A DNA stretch of 64,000 nt from the human T2T-CHM13v2.0 reference genome, Homo sapiens. The position numbers were made by a program, and so were the translations under genes. The stretch lies in the NCBI RefSeq assembly GCF_009914755.1, contig NC_060926.1. One strand, given 5' to 3'. The notes under the pieces are model-generated. The model was not told the origin of the DNA. It did no database searches and worked only from the letters and a program-made list of their open reading frames with translations. Positions within the stretch are counted from its first letter, which is position 1, and each line of letters begins with the position of its first letter. Shown piece by piece: positions 16,561-27,480 of the stretch.

Positions 16561-16856
16561 TTTTTAGTTTTATTTTATGAATCTTTTCTAATATTAAAAA
16601 TTTTAATTAATGGTCAAAATCAATCTATTATTTTGTGTTTTCTGCTTGTGCCTCAATATCAGATACATATCCACTCATATTTTCATCTAGTAAATTTATG
16701 TTTTGATTTTTACTCTTTAATCAATCTGATGTCATGTAATGTGTTTGTGTATGAGAGAGAGAGGGAGAGCAAAAGGGTGACAGAGATTGAGAGAGAAATT
16801 CCAAGCCCAAATCAACTTCTAACTAGATAGACTTAATGTTAAAACTCTGACAGGAG
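16561..16856. repeat. Local direct repeat A, copy 1 (about 295 bp)
   Basis: Colinear with 17776-18070. Shared blocks include ttctaatattaaa, ttgtgttttctgc, tgcctcaatatca, tctagtaaatttatgttttgat, ttctaacta and acaggag. Confidence 0.9.
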
Positions 16857-16949
16857 AAGAGATGTGCCTGTCTTTGGCAAAAAATAGTACCTATCCCAGT
16901 CTTTACCATTTTTCTATAAGTGATATTCAGCATTCAATCAAGAAGTAAG

Positions 16950-16951
<2 letters not shown>

Positions 16952-16997
<46 letters not shown>
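16952..16997. repeat. (CA)n microsatellite
   Basis: Uninterrupted CA run of about 46 bp. Confidence 0.98.
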
Positions 16998-16998
<1 letters not shown>

Positions 16999-17019
16999 GC
17001 ACAACTCATCATTAAGACA

Positions 17020-18350
17020 TAAAGCAACTCATCTTAGGAAACCGATCTATCCCACAAGTATTTTAAAATAACTATGAATAATATGTTTTGAAAACCTGGA
17101 GGAAAAAGTAGAGAACATGAGTGAAAAGGTATTTCACCAGTGATTTGAAAGTATTAAAACAACCAAATATAAGTTCTAGACAAAAAGATCACTATATCAG
17201 AGATGCAGAATCCATCCAACTGCTCATCAGCCAACAGGGCATGGCTGGGGTGGATCAGGAACTTGAAGATAGCTCAGAAAATTTTCTAAACTGAAACATG
17301 CAGAGATTAAAGGATGTAAAAAACATGACTATGTTCAAGAGCTATTAGACATTATAAAATGATCTAAAGTACATCTAATTGTAGCTGCACGAGAGAGAGA
17401 GGTAAGATAGCAGAAATATTTGAAGAAGTCATGGCTGAGAACTCCAAAATTAATGAAAATTAACAAACCATACATCCGAGAACACTAAGTAGAATGAATT
17501 AAAAGATAGTCATAGACAAACTGCCGAGAGAAAGCTGGAGAGGGTTAGGGGGATGGAAAACATTACATTTAGAGGAAAGATGAATAGAATAAGATCAAAC
17601 TTCTTATCAAAAATGATGCAAGTAAAAACACATCAGAATGACAACTTTAAAGCACTGAAAGAAAAAAAAAATCAACCTAGGTTTCTGAACCCAGCAAAAA
17701 ATATCACTCTAAAATAAGACCAAATTAAAGACTTTTGTTTTTCAAACAAACAAAAGGTGAGTAAATATGTTTCCATTTTGTTTTTTATATAAATGTCTTC
17801 TAATATTAAAGATATTTTAATGAATAGTCAAAACCAATATATCCCCTTGTGTTTTCTGCCTTTGCCTCAATATCATACAAATATTCACTCATATTTTCTT
17901 CTAGTAAATTTATGTTTTGATATCTACTGTTTACTCAATCTGGTGGCATATAGTTAAGTTTATGTGCATGTATATGAAAGAGAGAGAATAAAAGATATTG
18001 AGAGAATCAAAACAAAAATCAATTTCTAACTAAATGAACTCAATATCCCATATTAAATGTCTAACAGGAGGTCTACAAAACATACTCAAACATGTTCTTA
18101 TGGCAGAGGTAGTATGATTTCAGATTAAAATTTTGATCTGTACAAAGGAATAAAAAGTGGCAGAAATGATGAAGATAAAAGTAAATATGAAATACATTAT
18201 TTTCTTAATTTTAATTCCTTCATTAGACAATTTACTGTCTAATACAAGATAATGATGTACTCTATATTATTTGCACAGTATTTAGGATTCAAATGTATGA
18301 TAACAATAACATTAATGGTGGGAGAGCTGAGAAGGATATGTTTTAAAGTT
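17020..18350 (+). mobile_element. Old L1M ORF1 and inter-ORF fragment
   Basis: ORF1-like 'gaaatatttgaagaagtcatggctgagaactccaaaattaatgaaa' and 'ctttaaagcactgaaagaaaaaaa...tcaacctagg'. Interrupted by repeat A copy 2. Confidence 0.75.
17776..18070. repeat. Local direct repeat A, copy 2 (inserted in L1M ORF1)
   Basis: See copy 1. ORF1-like sequence resumes after 18070 ('ctacaaaacatactcaaacatgttcttatggcagagg'). Confidence 0.88.
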
Positions 18351-18499
18351 CACTATAGATGATACATATTTACATTTACGAATATGTCTATATATTTATA
18401 TATTCTATATATATACCATATATAGCACATATATATTAATTATATTCAAATATACAAGAGTTAGTAATTTTAAAGGAACTTACTTTTTTTGTAGAACAA

Positions 18500-19800
18500 T
18501 TAATTTTCCGAAAAGTGTATATAAGTCTTTATGAGACACCTTACTGCTTTTATTCAAAGTGCCATGTTTTCTTTTTTCTGGCCTGTTGTCACTTTCCGTC
18601 ACTTTCCAATGGATAGATAGTATTTCTGTTTGAATGTTATACAGGCTGTTTTATTCTTCAGCTGGCTATATCTCACATTTTAAAGCCCCTGCCAATGTTT
18701 ATTTCCCATGTCATTTTATTAATCATATTAATATTTGTCTTCTCTCAAACAAGCAAGAACTTCACAGATAGTAATTGTCCTTTCCTTTTTTCTACCACCT
18801 AAAATTCCTTCTAAAGTTTAAATTCTTTATTATTATAGTTAAGTTCCTTCTATATATTTAAAACCAGTACTTACTTCAACAACAATAGGTTTTCCTAAAT
18901 TAGCTTAACACCACTCTTCATTGTATCTAATGCTTCTTTTAAGGAGTACCTTTTGTAAATGTTTTCAAAGAGAGTGTGTGCAAAAGCTTTCATGAAAATT
19001 AGGTCCCTCAGAATGTACTTAACACTTGCCTTTTAATGGTCATTTTCCATGATATAAAACTCTGAGTTCCAAGTGATGTTGCTTCAATATTTTGAAAACA
19101 TTTCAATATCTTCTTGCTTTTGTTACTGCTGCTTAGGATTCTTATTTCAGTAAGGATGTTTCTTTGGGGGAAATTTTACCTTTTCTCTCAGGGAATGCTA
19201 GTATTTTCTTTCTTTGGGAATAATTTCCAAATTTTACCATAAAGAATCTGGGTTGGTTTTGTTTTCTTTTTTTTTTTTTCTTATATATCCTGTTTTTTAC
19301 AGCCTATGAGCCTTTTATATCTGAAATCATAATCTGCCATTTTTTTTTACATTTCCAGTCATGATTTCTATTATTTACTACCCTTCATTATTTTTTTTCT
19401 TTCATTCTGGGACTTTAGTTATGAATACTGGCATTTCTATTCCTAGTTCTCTTCGAACTTTTTTCTTCATATTGCAATTTAATTTCTTCCTGATCTTTTT
19501 TCGGTAAGTTCCTTAACTTGATTTTTCAGCTCACATGTTTTGCCATTTGGCTGTATCCACTTGATTATTCAAACTATCTACTGAGTTCTTTATTTCAATG
19601 ATTATTTATTTTAATATCCAGATCTCTGCTTGTGTCATCTTTAAAGTTACCTAATGCTGTTTTATGCTTTTCTTTAAGGAGGCTGTTTTAAATTTCTTGT
19701 TTTCCTGAACCATTAACTCTGCTTTCTCTGTAATAGGTTATTCAGTGTGTTATTCTACTTTCATAATCTTTGTGATCCTGAGATGTCATGTTAATGCACT
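18500..19800 (-). mobile_element. Old L1M(E) ORF1-region fragment, antisense
   Basis: T-rich antisense ORF1-like sequence ('tttccatgatataaaactctgagtt', 'aactatctactgagttctttatttca'). Confidence 0.6.
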
Positions 19801-20154
19801 TTATTGCTTTAGTCTATCCTGGCAGTCTCAGCTATGTGCTTTGTGATATCAAATGTTGGAATGTGGGTAAGAGGGTCAGAGCCTAAGCCTCAGACTGGTC
19901 CCTTCAAGATGAGTTAAGGAAGTAAATACATATACAGAAACTGAAGGCAAGGGCCTACTAGTGTCATGATCCATTTTACCTCTTTACTTTTCTGCTTCAC
20001 CAGATGGCTTGGTTCCTCAATGAGTTTTCTAGTGGCTTTGTTCTGGCTTCAGGTCTTTCCAAGAATACCTTCTCTGGCTTGTAATTATTTAGAAACATGC
20101 TGTGACATGAGAGCTTGGAGGAGGAGGACTCAGGCTGGCCTCCGTACATGTTTT

Positions 20155-20470
20155 ATGTGGTTGTTTGTTTGTTTGTTTGTTTAGTTTTCTTTGAGACAAG
20201 GTCACCTAGACTGGAATGCAGTGGCACAAAACATGGCTCACCACAGCCTCGACCTACTGGGCCCAAGTGATTCTCCCACTTCAGCCTCCCATGTAGCTGG
20301 GTCCGCAAGTGTGTGTCACCCCATCAGCTAATTTTTATTTTTTATTTTTTGTAGAGACAGGGATCTCACCATCTTGCCCAGGCTAGTCTCAAGGTCCTGG
20401 ACTCAAGCAGTCCTCCTGCCTCAGCCACCCAAATTGCTGGAATTACAGGCATGAGCCACCACACCCAGCC
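20155..20470 (-). mobile_element. AluJ with (TTTG)n tail
   Basis: J-type 'tggctcaccacagcctcgacc' and 'cctggactcaagcagtcctcc'. TSD ctc(c/t)gtacat(g/a)tttt at 20140-20154 and 20471-20485. Confidence 0.93.
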
Positions 20471-23400
20471 CTCTGTACATATTTTTGTAACATTATTCCA
20501 GCTGGCTTTCAGGGATAGACTGATGCTATTATGCACCTTCAGTAGTTTCAGACTAGCATGATTGCTGGTTCTATAGTGCCATGGAACCAGCTATGTCCAG
20601 ACACTAAGGGGTACAGGAAAGGTCACAACTAGGAGGCTTTTCCCTACCTTGTCTTCTGTCTTAACACCTAGTTGCTTTCTATTCAATGACATCTCTGCCA
20701 CCAGGATAATGGAACCCACTTCTGTCTCCCTTGAGGATTCTCATGCTAGCATGTGGCTTGCATGTTAATGACTGCTTCGTGTGAATATCCTTGAGATGTC
20801 TGATTTTGAATATTTAATATATGTGTGCACCCTCTTAAATGTACAATCTCTAAAAAAAAAAAAACTTTCTTAATTTTCAAGGGAGAATGACAAAGAAAGA
20901 TAAATTTATTTCTGGGACTTTTTCCAAACACACACATACACACAAACACACACACACACAAACACTCATGCGCACACACATACACAGTTCTATAAATGTC
21001 ACTATTATTGTGGGTAATTGTACTGTTAAGTCTAAGTTGTAAACCCCTAGTGTTTTGCCATAAAAAAATTACTTCCACTTTGGACATATGGAATATCTAG
21101 ATCTAGACTATTATCTTTTAAAATATTACATATAACAACTTGTTCTATTTGAGATTAAGGACTACATATTTAATGTCATTATATTTACTCAACTGCGCAA
21201 GCATTATAGTTAATTTAATTTTTAATGGGAATTTCATGTTTTTAATCAATATTTTTATTACTTATACAATATAAAGTCTTCAATTTGTATACATAATATT
21301 GTTTTTTGAAATGGTTGTCTTTAAATACTCAAATTAGTTTTGTTATCAAAGAAAAATATATAAGAATTAATATAAAAATCAGACTTAATCGGGAATGAGA
21401 GGCTCTAAGGTACCGCCTATCTTGACTGGGATACATTGTTGTTTTAAACCCAAATAGTTGAGGTTTAGACTATATTCAACTTTTAAAAAGCCTAAATATA
21501 TATAAGTATATATATTTATATATTATTTATCAAATATCAAATGTGAGTATATTATTTATCAAATATGAGTATATATACATATATACAATTATGAGTATAT
21601 ATATACAGTATATAAAATATATTGAATTTTAAAGTATAACTCTGAATGTGTTTAAAGGGTACTTCACTTTAATATACAAAATATATATTGTCCTAGATTA
21701 TGATAATATGTTTATGTTCATGCAAATTATACTAGCACACTTTTTACAAAAAAATACTTTTCTTGGATTTACAAATCACCATTGTTTATGATTTTGTTAT
21801 TATATTTTCCCAATCACTTGAAATAGTAATAAATAGGTGAGGTTGAAAAGAGAATTGACCCCTGCAATATGCTGAAAGAGATTTTTATGTCTTGTGGTTG
21901 TGCCCTATTTGTGACTGTTCTCTCAATGGGAGGGAAAATAAAATACAAGAATTATTTCCTTTCAGAGATGTGCTAAGTGAAATGTGCTAAGAGATGTTGA
22001 AAAGAATGTTAAGCATTAAAAATAGTGTTCTGTTGTGTTTAGTTTTACTACTTTGTTTACTTTTCTTGAGTTATGCTTGATACTATTTGGATATTAAATT
22101 TTCTTATGGGTTACACTGAAGTAAAAAGTATATTTTACACAAATAAAATAAAATAAAGAAAAAAATGCAATGAAAACATGGCTCCAGGATAATATCCTAA
22201 GCTCGCTTGTTTCTAAGATTTGGGAGCTTTGTAATTTACAAAGCTCCTTGTGATGTATTAATTAACTGAAAACAGGAATGCATTGTGTCCAAACAGTGCA
22301 TATATTGCAAGGGTGCAATTTGCTGGAAGGGCCTAAGTAGGCAATTGTGTTGTGAAACCACAATAAAAAGACTCAGGCAGAAAACAGCTTTCTGAAAATT
22401 GCACCTTTTGATGTGTTGGTGACAGGAAATTGATAGAGTCAGGTGGAATAATGACTTTAAATATTAAAGACAGGCAGTATCTTGAGGTGCTCATTAGGTC
22501 TCATATGGAAAGAGGATTTAGCAAATTCCATTTTTTTACCTTTCACAAAACTACTAAATATTTTTGATATATATGATTAATCTGCATGGGAGTTATCCAG
22601 AGCTGGGAAATCTGGGGAGAAGCTAGTCAGAATCACACTGCTAGCACTCCAGGAGAATCTGTACTGTAAGGTGCTGCATGGTGCATGGTACACACTAACT
22701 CAGCTCTGGACAAGCCCACTGCATCAATTTAATTTCAAAAGCAAGGCTTTGAGGTTTGATCCACTGGCCTTCCCTTCACTACCTTGCAGCCAAAAGCTTT
22801 CTTTTATAATGGCTGTGATTCTAGGCTCCTGGGGTGCTTCTGATGTTATGGCTTTTAGAGGAATACCACCATTAATGTTGTAATGCAGAGAAGTACAAAG
22901 ACAATGTTTTCCACTTGTGTGCATGTATTAGTAGTTGCCAAGAGTCTTCACATCAGCCTTGAGGAAAATTGGTATTTGTTTATTTTTAATGTGTTCCCAG
23001 GGAATTAGATTTTTCTCCTGCATTTGCAGCATTTGTGAGAAAGGTATACATACGCCAATGACCTTTCCAGATGTAATAAACTTTGCATAGCTGTTAAGTG
23101 AGCCAACATAGCATCAAAGCCTCGATAATGAACAACTACATGGCTGACCAGCATGATTTTCCTCATATTTCTGTTTTAACTAACACTGCAATTGATGTTT
23201 AAATAAGAAAACCACTTTTATATGTGTGTGTTTCACTTTTCACTTATACATGATTCTGTAATAAAAGGCATCATCTTGTACGATCTAGCATTTTAAGATT
23301 AAAAACAGCAAAGAAGACAAAGAATTGCTTTTGTGTTAAAAGGTATGAAACTAGGTGAAAAAAAGCCAAAGGAAAGGCTTTAAAACACTGGCTATCAGAA

Positions 23401-24349
23401 AATTTAAAATATAAAGGTTTAATTAGGAATATTTTTAGACGATTGTGTGTGTTTCCAAGACAGAAGTTTCACTGCCTCAGACCTTTAAAGTGAACCTCCC
23501 AAGATAAAGTTTGGGAATGGAAGTTTCAAAAGTAATCTTTCATGAAGAAATGGCCTATCTGACCTAAGTGGGTTCTTTCTTTCTCTTTCTTTTTCTCTCT
23601 TTTACCACTTGGAGAAAAGCTGCGTGGGAAGCAAAAATTCCTCTTCTCACTATTTTTTGCACGTTGTCAGAATTTATTAACACAGTATTTTCAGAAGAAT
23701 GACAGGGTTATTAGACATTTCATGGCAGAAAGTCAAAAACAATTCTGCATCCTGTTTGGTCAAAACTTGTAAAATTTTCAAGAACCCCAGAAGCAAAAGT
23801 GGTCTTCCAATGCATGTGTTAAATACAGATCTGCCAAGATTATAGAACTTGAGATTGGAATAGAAAAATGGAGAGTCAAGTATAGAAAGTTATATTATGC
23901 ATTAGCATATGTGGGATAGATGCTATTATAATTTATGATAAACAAAGGCTCACAAAGATATAGAAATACCTTCATTTAGAAGGCTAAACCTATGGACACC
24001 CCATATGAAACATTATCTGTGTCTATATCATGCCAGGAAAATCAGTTAAATATCTTTTAAAATAATAAAAATTATTTAAAAATGTAGTCAATAAATTAAT
24101 AATTATTCTTTTAATATTTAAACCACTGGATCTGAACTTTTTGGTTCTGTTTTGACTGGTAGTTTCACTGAATTGATTGGATTGATAAGTATAGCATTCT
24201 GCATCATGGATACAAAATCGAAGTGTCATGAAGAGTAAAACAAGTTGAAAATGCATAAAACACAGGTGACTGTTTCGCTTGACTGAGAAAGGAGGAAATA
24301 CTTTCTATAAAGATGTTTATTAACATGTATATTTACATATTTGGCCAGT

Positions 24350-24500
24350 TAGTTAATTCATTCACTAAACATTTAGCAACCTATTAGTCTTTGCCACAAA
24401 CTCTAGACATTATAACAGATGCTAGGAATATAAAGATAATATGACTTGGTCTCTATCATCAGGGAATATGAGACAAACAGAAGGTGGGAAATATAAAATG
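24350..24500 (-). mobile_element. L2 3'-end fragment
   Basis: 'ttcattcactaaacatttagcaaccta...tgctaggaatataaagataa...tggtctct'. Confidence 0.6.
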
Positions 24501-24522
24501 AAATAAATTTGTGCAAAGGAGT

Positions 24523-24894
24523 TGTATTAGTCTGTTCTCATGCTGCTAATAAAGACATACCTGAGACTGGATAATTTATAAAGAAAAGAGGTTTAATTGA
24601 CTCAGTTCAGCATGGCAGGGGAGACCTTGGGAAATTTACAATCACAGTGGAAGGGGAAGAAAAACATCTTTCTTAACATGGCAACAGCAAGGAGATATGC
24701 CAAGCAAAAGGCGGAAAGCCCCTTATAAAATCATCAGATCTCCTGAAAACTCACTCCCTATCATGAGAACAGCATGAGGGTAACCAGCCCCATTATTAAA
24801 TTACCTCCCATCGGGTTCCTCCCATGACACATGGGGATTATGCAAACCACAATTCAAGATGAGATTTGGGTGGGGACACAGCCAAACCATATCA
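24523..24894 (-). mobile_element. THE1 (THE1B/C) MaLR solo LTR
   Basis: 'tgtattagtctgttctcatgctgctaataaagacatacc...ggggacacagccaaaccatatca'. Perfect 5-bp TSD ggagt at 24518-24522 and 24895-24899. Confidence 0.95.
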
Positions 24895-26689
24895 GGAGTC
24901 ATGATTCTATGACATTGGCCTATGTACATTAAAATAAATTACAAGGAAGCAAATGGGCAAATTTTCCAAGGGCTGGAAGAGATAGAAATGATCAGACAAG
25001 CTCCAAAGATGTGGGGGTTTTTTTGTTGCCTTTGAGTTGAAATTCAAGCAGGTGTTTGACATGCCAAGAGAGGAGCATGCCAGATAAAGTTAAATAATTT
25101 TTTGCAATTATTGTCAATAGAACAAGAACATACTTTCAACCGCAGTTTGAGAGTGTAGTCAAATTCTAGGGGTAAAATCCCAACTACTGTAGAATAATTG
25201 TTAGCTTATGTCTGTAGTCAAGACCAGACATATAACAAAATTATGAAATCATTTATTTTCTCTTGGTATCTAAACTGTAGTTCTGTTAGTTATACTTGCC
25301 ATTTATACCACGTCCCCAGATTTTCATACTACCCACAGCGTTACACTGTCAGTCCCCTTCAGAATTGCTTGTGAGGTGACTCTCCCCCATCCCATCTCTT
25401 CTACTTTGTGCTCCATTGCTTCTCACTTAGTGGTTGATGAAAAACAATCTGATAAGCTAATTCTTACTAAGGTTTAATTACTTAACAGCTTGATTATTAA
25501 ATCTCCAAGGGTATATGGATTTTGAATAGAGGATTCTTGGATGTTAAAAGTCTTAATTCGATAGAATTAATTAGTGGGTTTTTAGTGGGGGAATACGTTT
25601 TGTTGGGGCACAAAATGCAATGGAGAGGAAGATTCCAGAAACATTCAATTCAAATGTCTTCACACATCTAGCAATGATGAGAGAAGAATTAATAATAGAT
25701 GATATACTTTTGAGGAACAACAAACTCAAGTACAAACATTAGTACCTTAGGAATTAAAATCTCATACCTGCCATCATCTAAATTCTTATTTTGGGCACTT
25801 TAGGTCTTTGAGTCTCATTTTTCTTATATTTATAGAGATAATAACAGTTATGGTATCAATAATGGTTAGGATCAAAGGAGAAGAAGGTAGAAGTTATTTA
25901 TAAAGTATAAATGTACATTATCATCACCTCATTATGAAATGTTTAGGTTTGCATGCATTAAAATCATTTTTCCTATGTTGTCATTAATTCAATAAAATAC
26001 CTGCAGGGACAACCACAAGAGAGATAGCTAAACTAAAGAAGTTTATCTTGGTGCATATATATGAGTTTTCTAAATAGATTGTATGTCTTAACGTTTTTGT
26101 AAAACATCAAAAAATGGAAGGGATTAAAACATAAAAGTATAATATGGCTCTAAGAGTGGTTCCAGGAAGAATAAAGATGAAATTAATTGATAATTACAAA
26201 AACACCAAAGAAATCAGAATAAGAATTTAAGTTGTTTACAGAATCAAATAATATGAATAGACATAGATCTGTTACTTAGCATATGTGATACAATTAACAT
26301 ATAACAAGAAGAGTAATGACTTAAATCCTATTTAGGAGGTTGGGACAAAGAGAAACAACATCAATGCACTATTACAGGCAGAATTAAATGATACACTTTA
26401 TTTGGCAATTTGGGAGAACCTACCAAAATTTAACATGTATGTATCTTGACCCAAGATTTTCTCTTTTATTTTTTACACAGCATGTATGTACACACTGGCA
26501 GCTTTATTTTTAATAGTGATAAGAGACAAGCTGAATATCAATCTGTGGAGAAATATTTATAACATTCTCCATATTAAAAAAGAGAGAATGTGTCAGGTAA
26601 AGTGTTAAGCCCCCCAAAAGAGAGTGATAGTAAAAGAGCAGCTACCTCACAAAAGAGTTTATCATGTCTTGGTAGAGAAACATTGCTTG

Positions 26690-27065
26690 TGAGAGCACTG
26701 AAAGTGTATGCAATTGGTGCATGTCTATAAATGACCTTCAGGAAATCATGGAAAATGGGATGTGAAACAAGAGAAAAATGAGTAAATGTTTTCATTTACA
26801 TAAAAGGGGAGTTGTGGATCCCAGATTCATTAAGTCTGAGTATAAGGTCTATTCTACAAAATTATGTCATGAATGTTCTGGCATATGTTTTGTTAATGTT
26901 ATGATAATATGTTACTAAGAAATACTTGTTCAAACTTATGTGATTTGATTTATTTTCTTGATAGACTTGTTAAGACTAGTAAACAAAAGAAATGCCATAC
27001 ACCCATGGATTTTCATTCAAGCAAGGTATTTGGCAAAATCTCTGAAATCCTTTGGGATGATCAGA
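26690..27065 (+). mobile_element. CR1/L3 LINE reverse-transcriptase remnant
   Basis: Translation across a frameshift gives LIYFLDR..RLVNKRNAI..MDFHSSKVFGKISEIL, resembling CR1 RT LISFFDRVTRLVDQGNAVD.YLDFSKAFDKVSHDIL. Confidence 0.7.
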
Positions 27066-27121
27066 AAAGTAGGGACTATATAATCACTTGGTAACCTTTT
27101 CTGGAATGTGAATGTGAATGA

Positions 27122-27173
<52 letters not shown>
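27122..27173. repeat. Compound (TG)n(AG)n microsatellite
   Basis: Directly visible. Confidence 0.97.
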
Positions 27174-27177
<4 letters not shown>

Positions 27178-27249
27178 ATCACTGCTAGTAGAATGAGCAG
27201 GAGGGAAGGAACACATAGAGAGAAAGTAGGTAGTGAGTTACCACCTAAA

Positions 27250-27480
27250 CCTAGACTTTGGAGTAAAACCTCAGTTCAGAAATGTCCTACCTAAATCCAG
27301 TTTCAGAAATATCCTATCTATTTAATCACGGGTTAATTTGGTATTAATTAATCTCTCCAAACCTCAAGTTTTCTTTCATGTTATTTGAGGATTAAAATGA
27401 TGCTACCTTAAGGTTGTTGGAAGAATTCAACAGGAACTAAACAAAAGGTGTTAAGTAAGATGGCAGGCATCAAGCACTAT
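27250..27480 (+). mobile_element. MIR
   Basis: 'agactttggagtaaaacc...taatctctccaaacctcaagttttc...gaggattaaaatgatgctacc...ggttgttggaagaattcaa'. Confidence 0.65.

Noticed and set aside
21497-21625. TA-rich tract with repeated 'tatattatttatcaaatat'
   Set aside because: Low-complexity slippage with no regular array structure.
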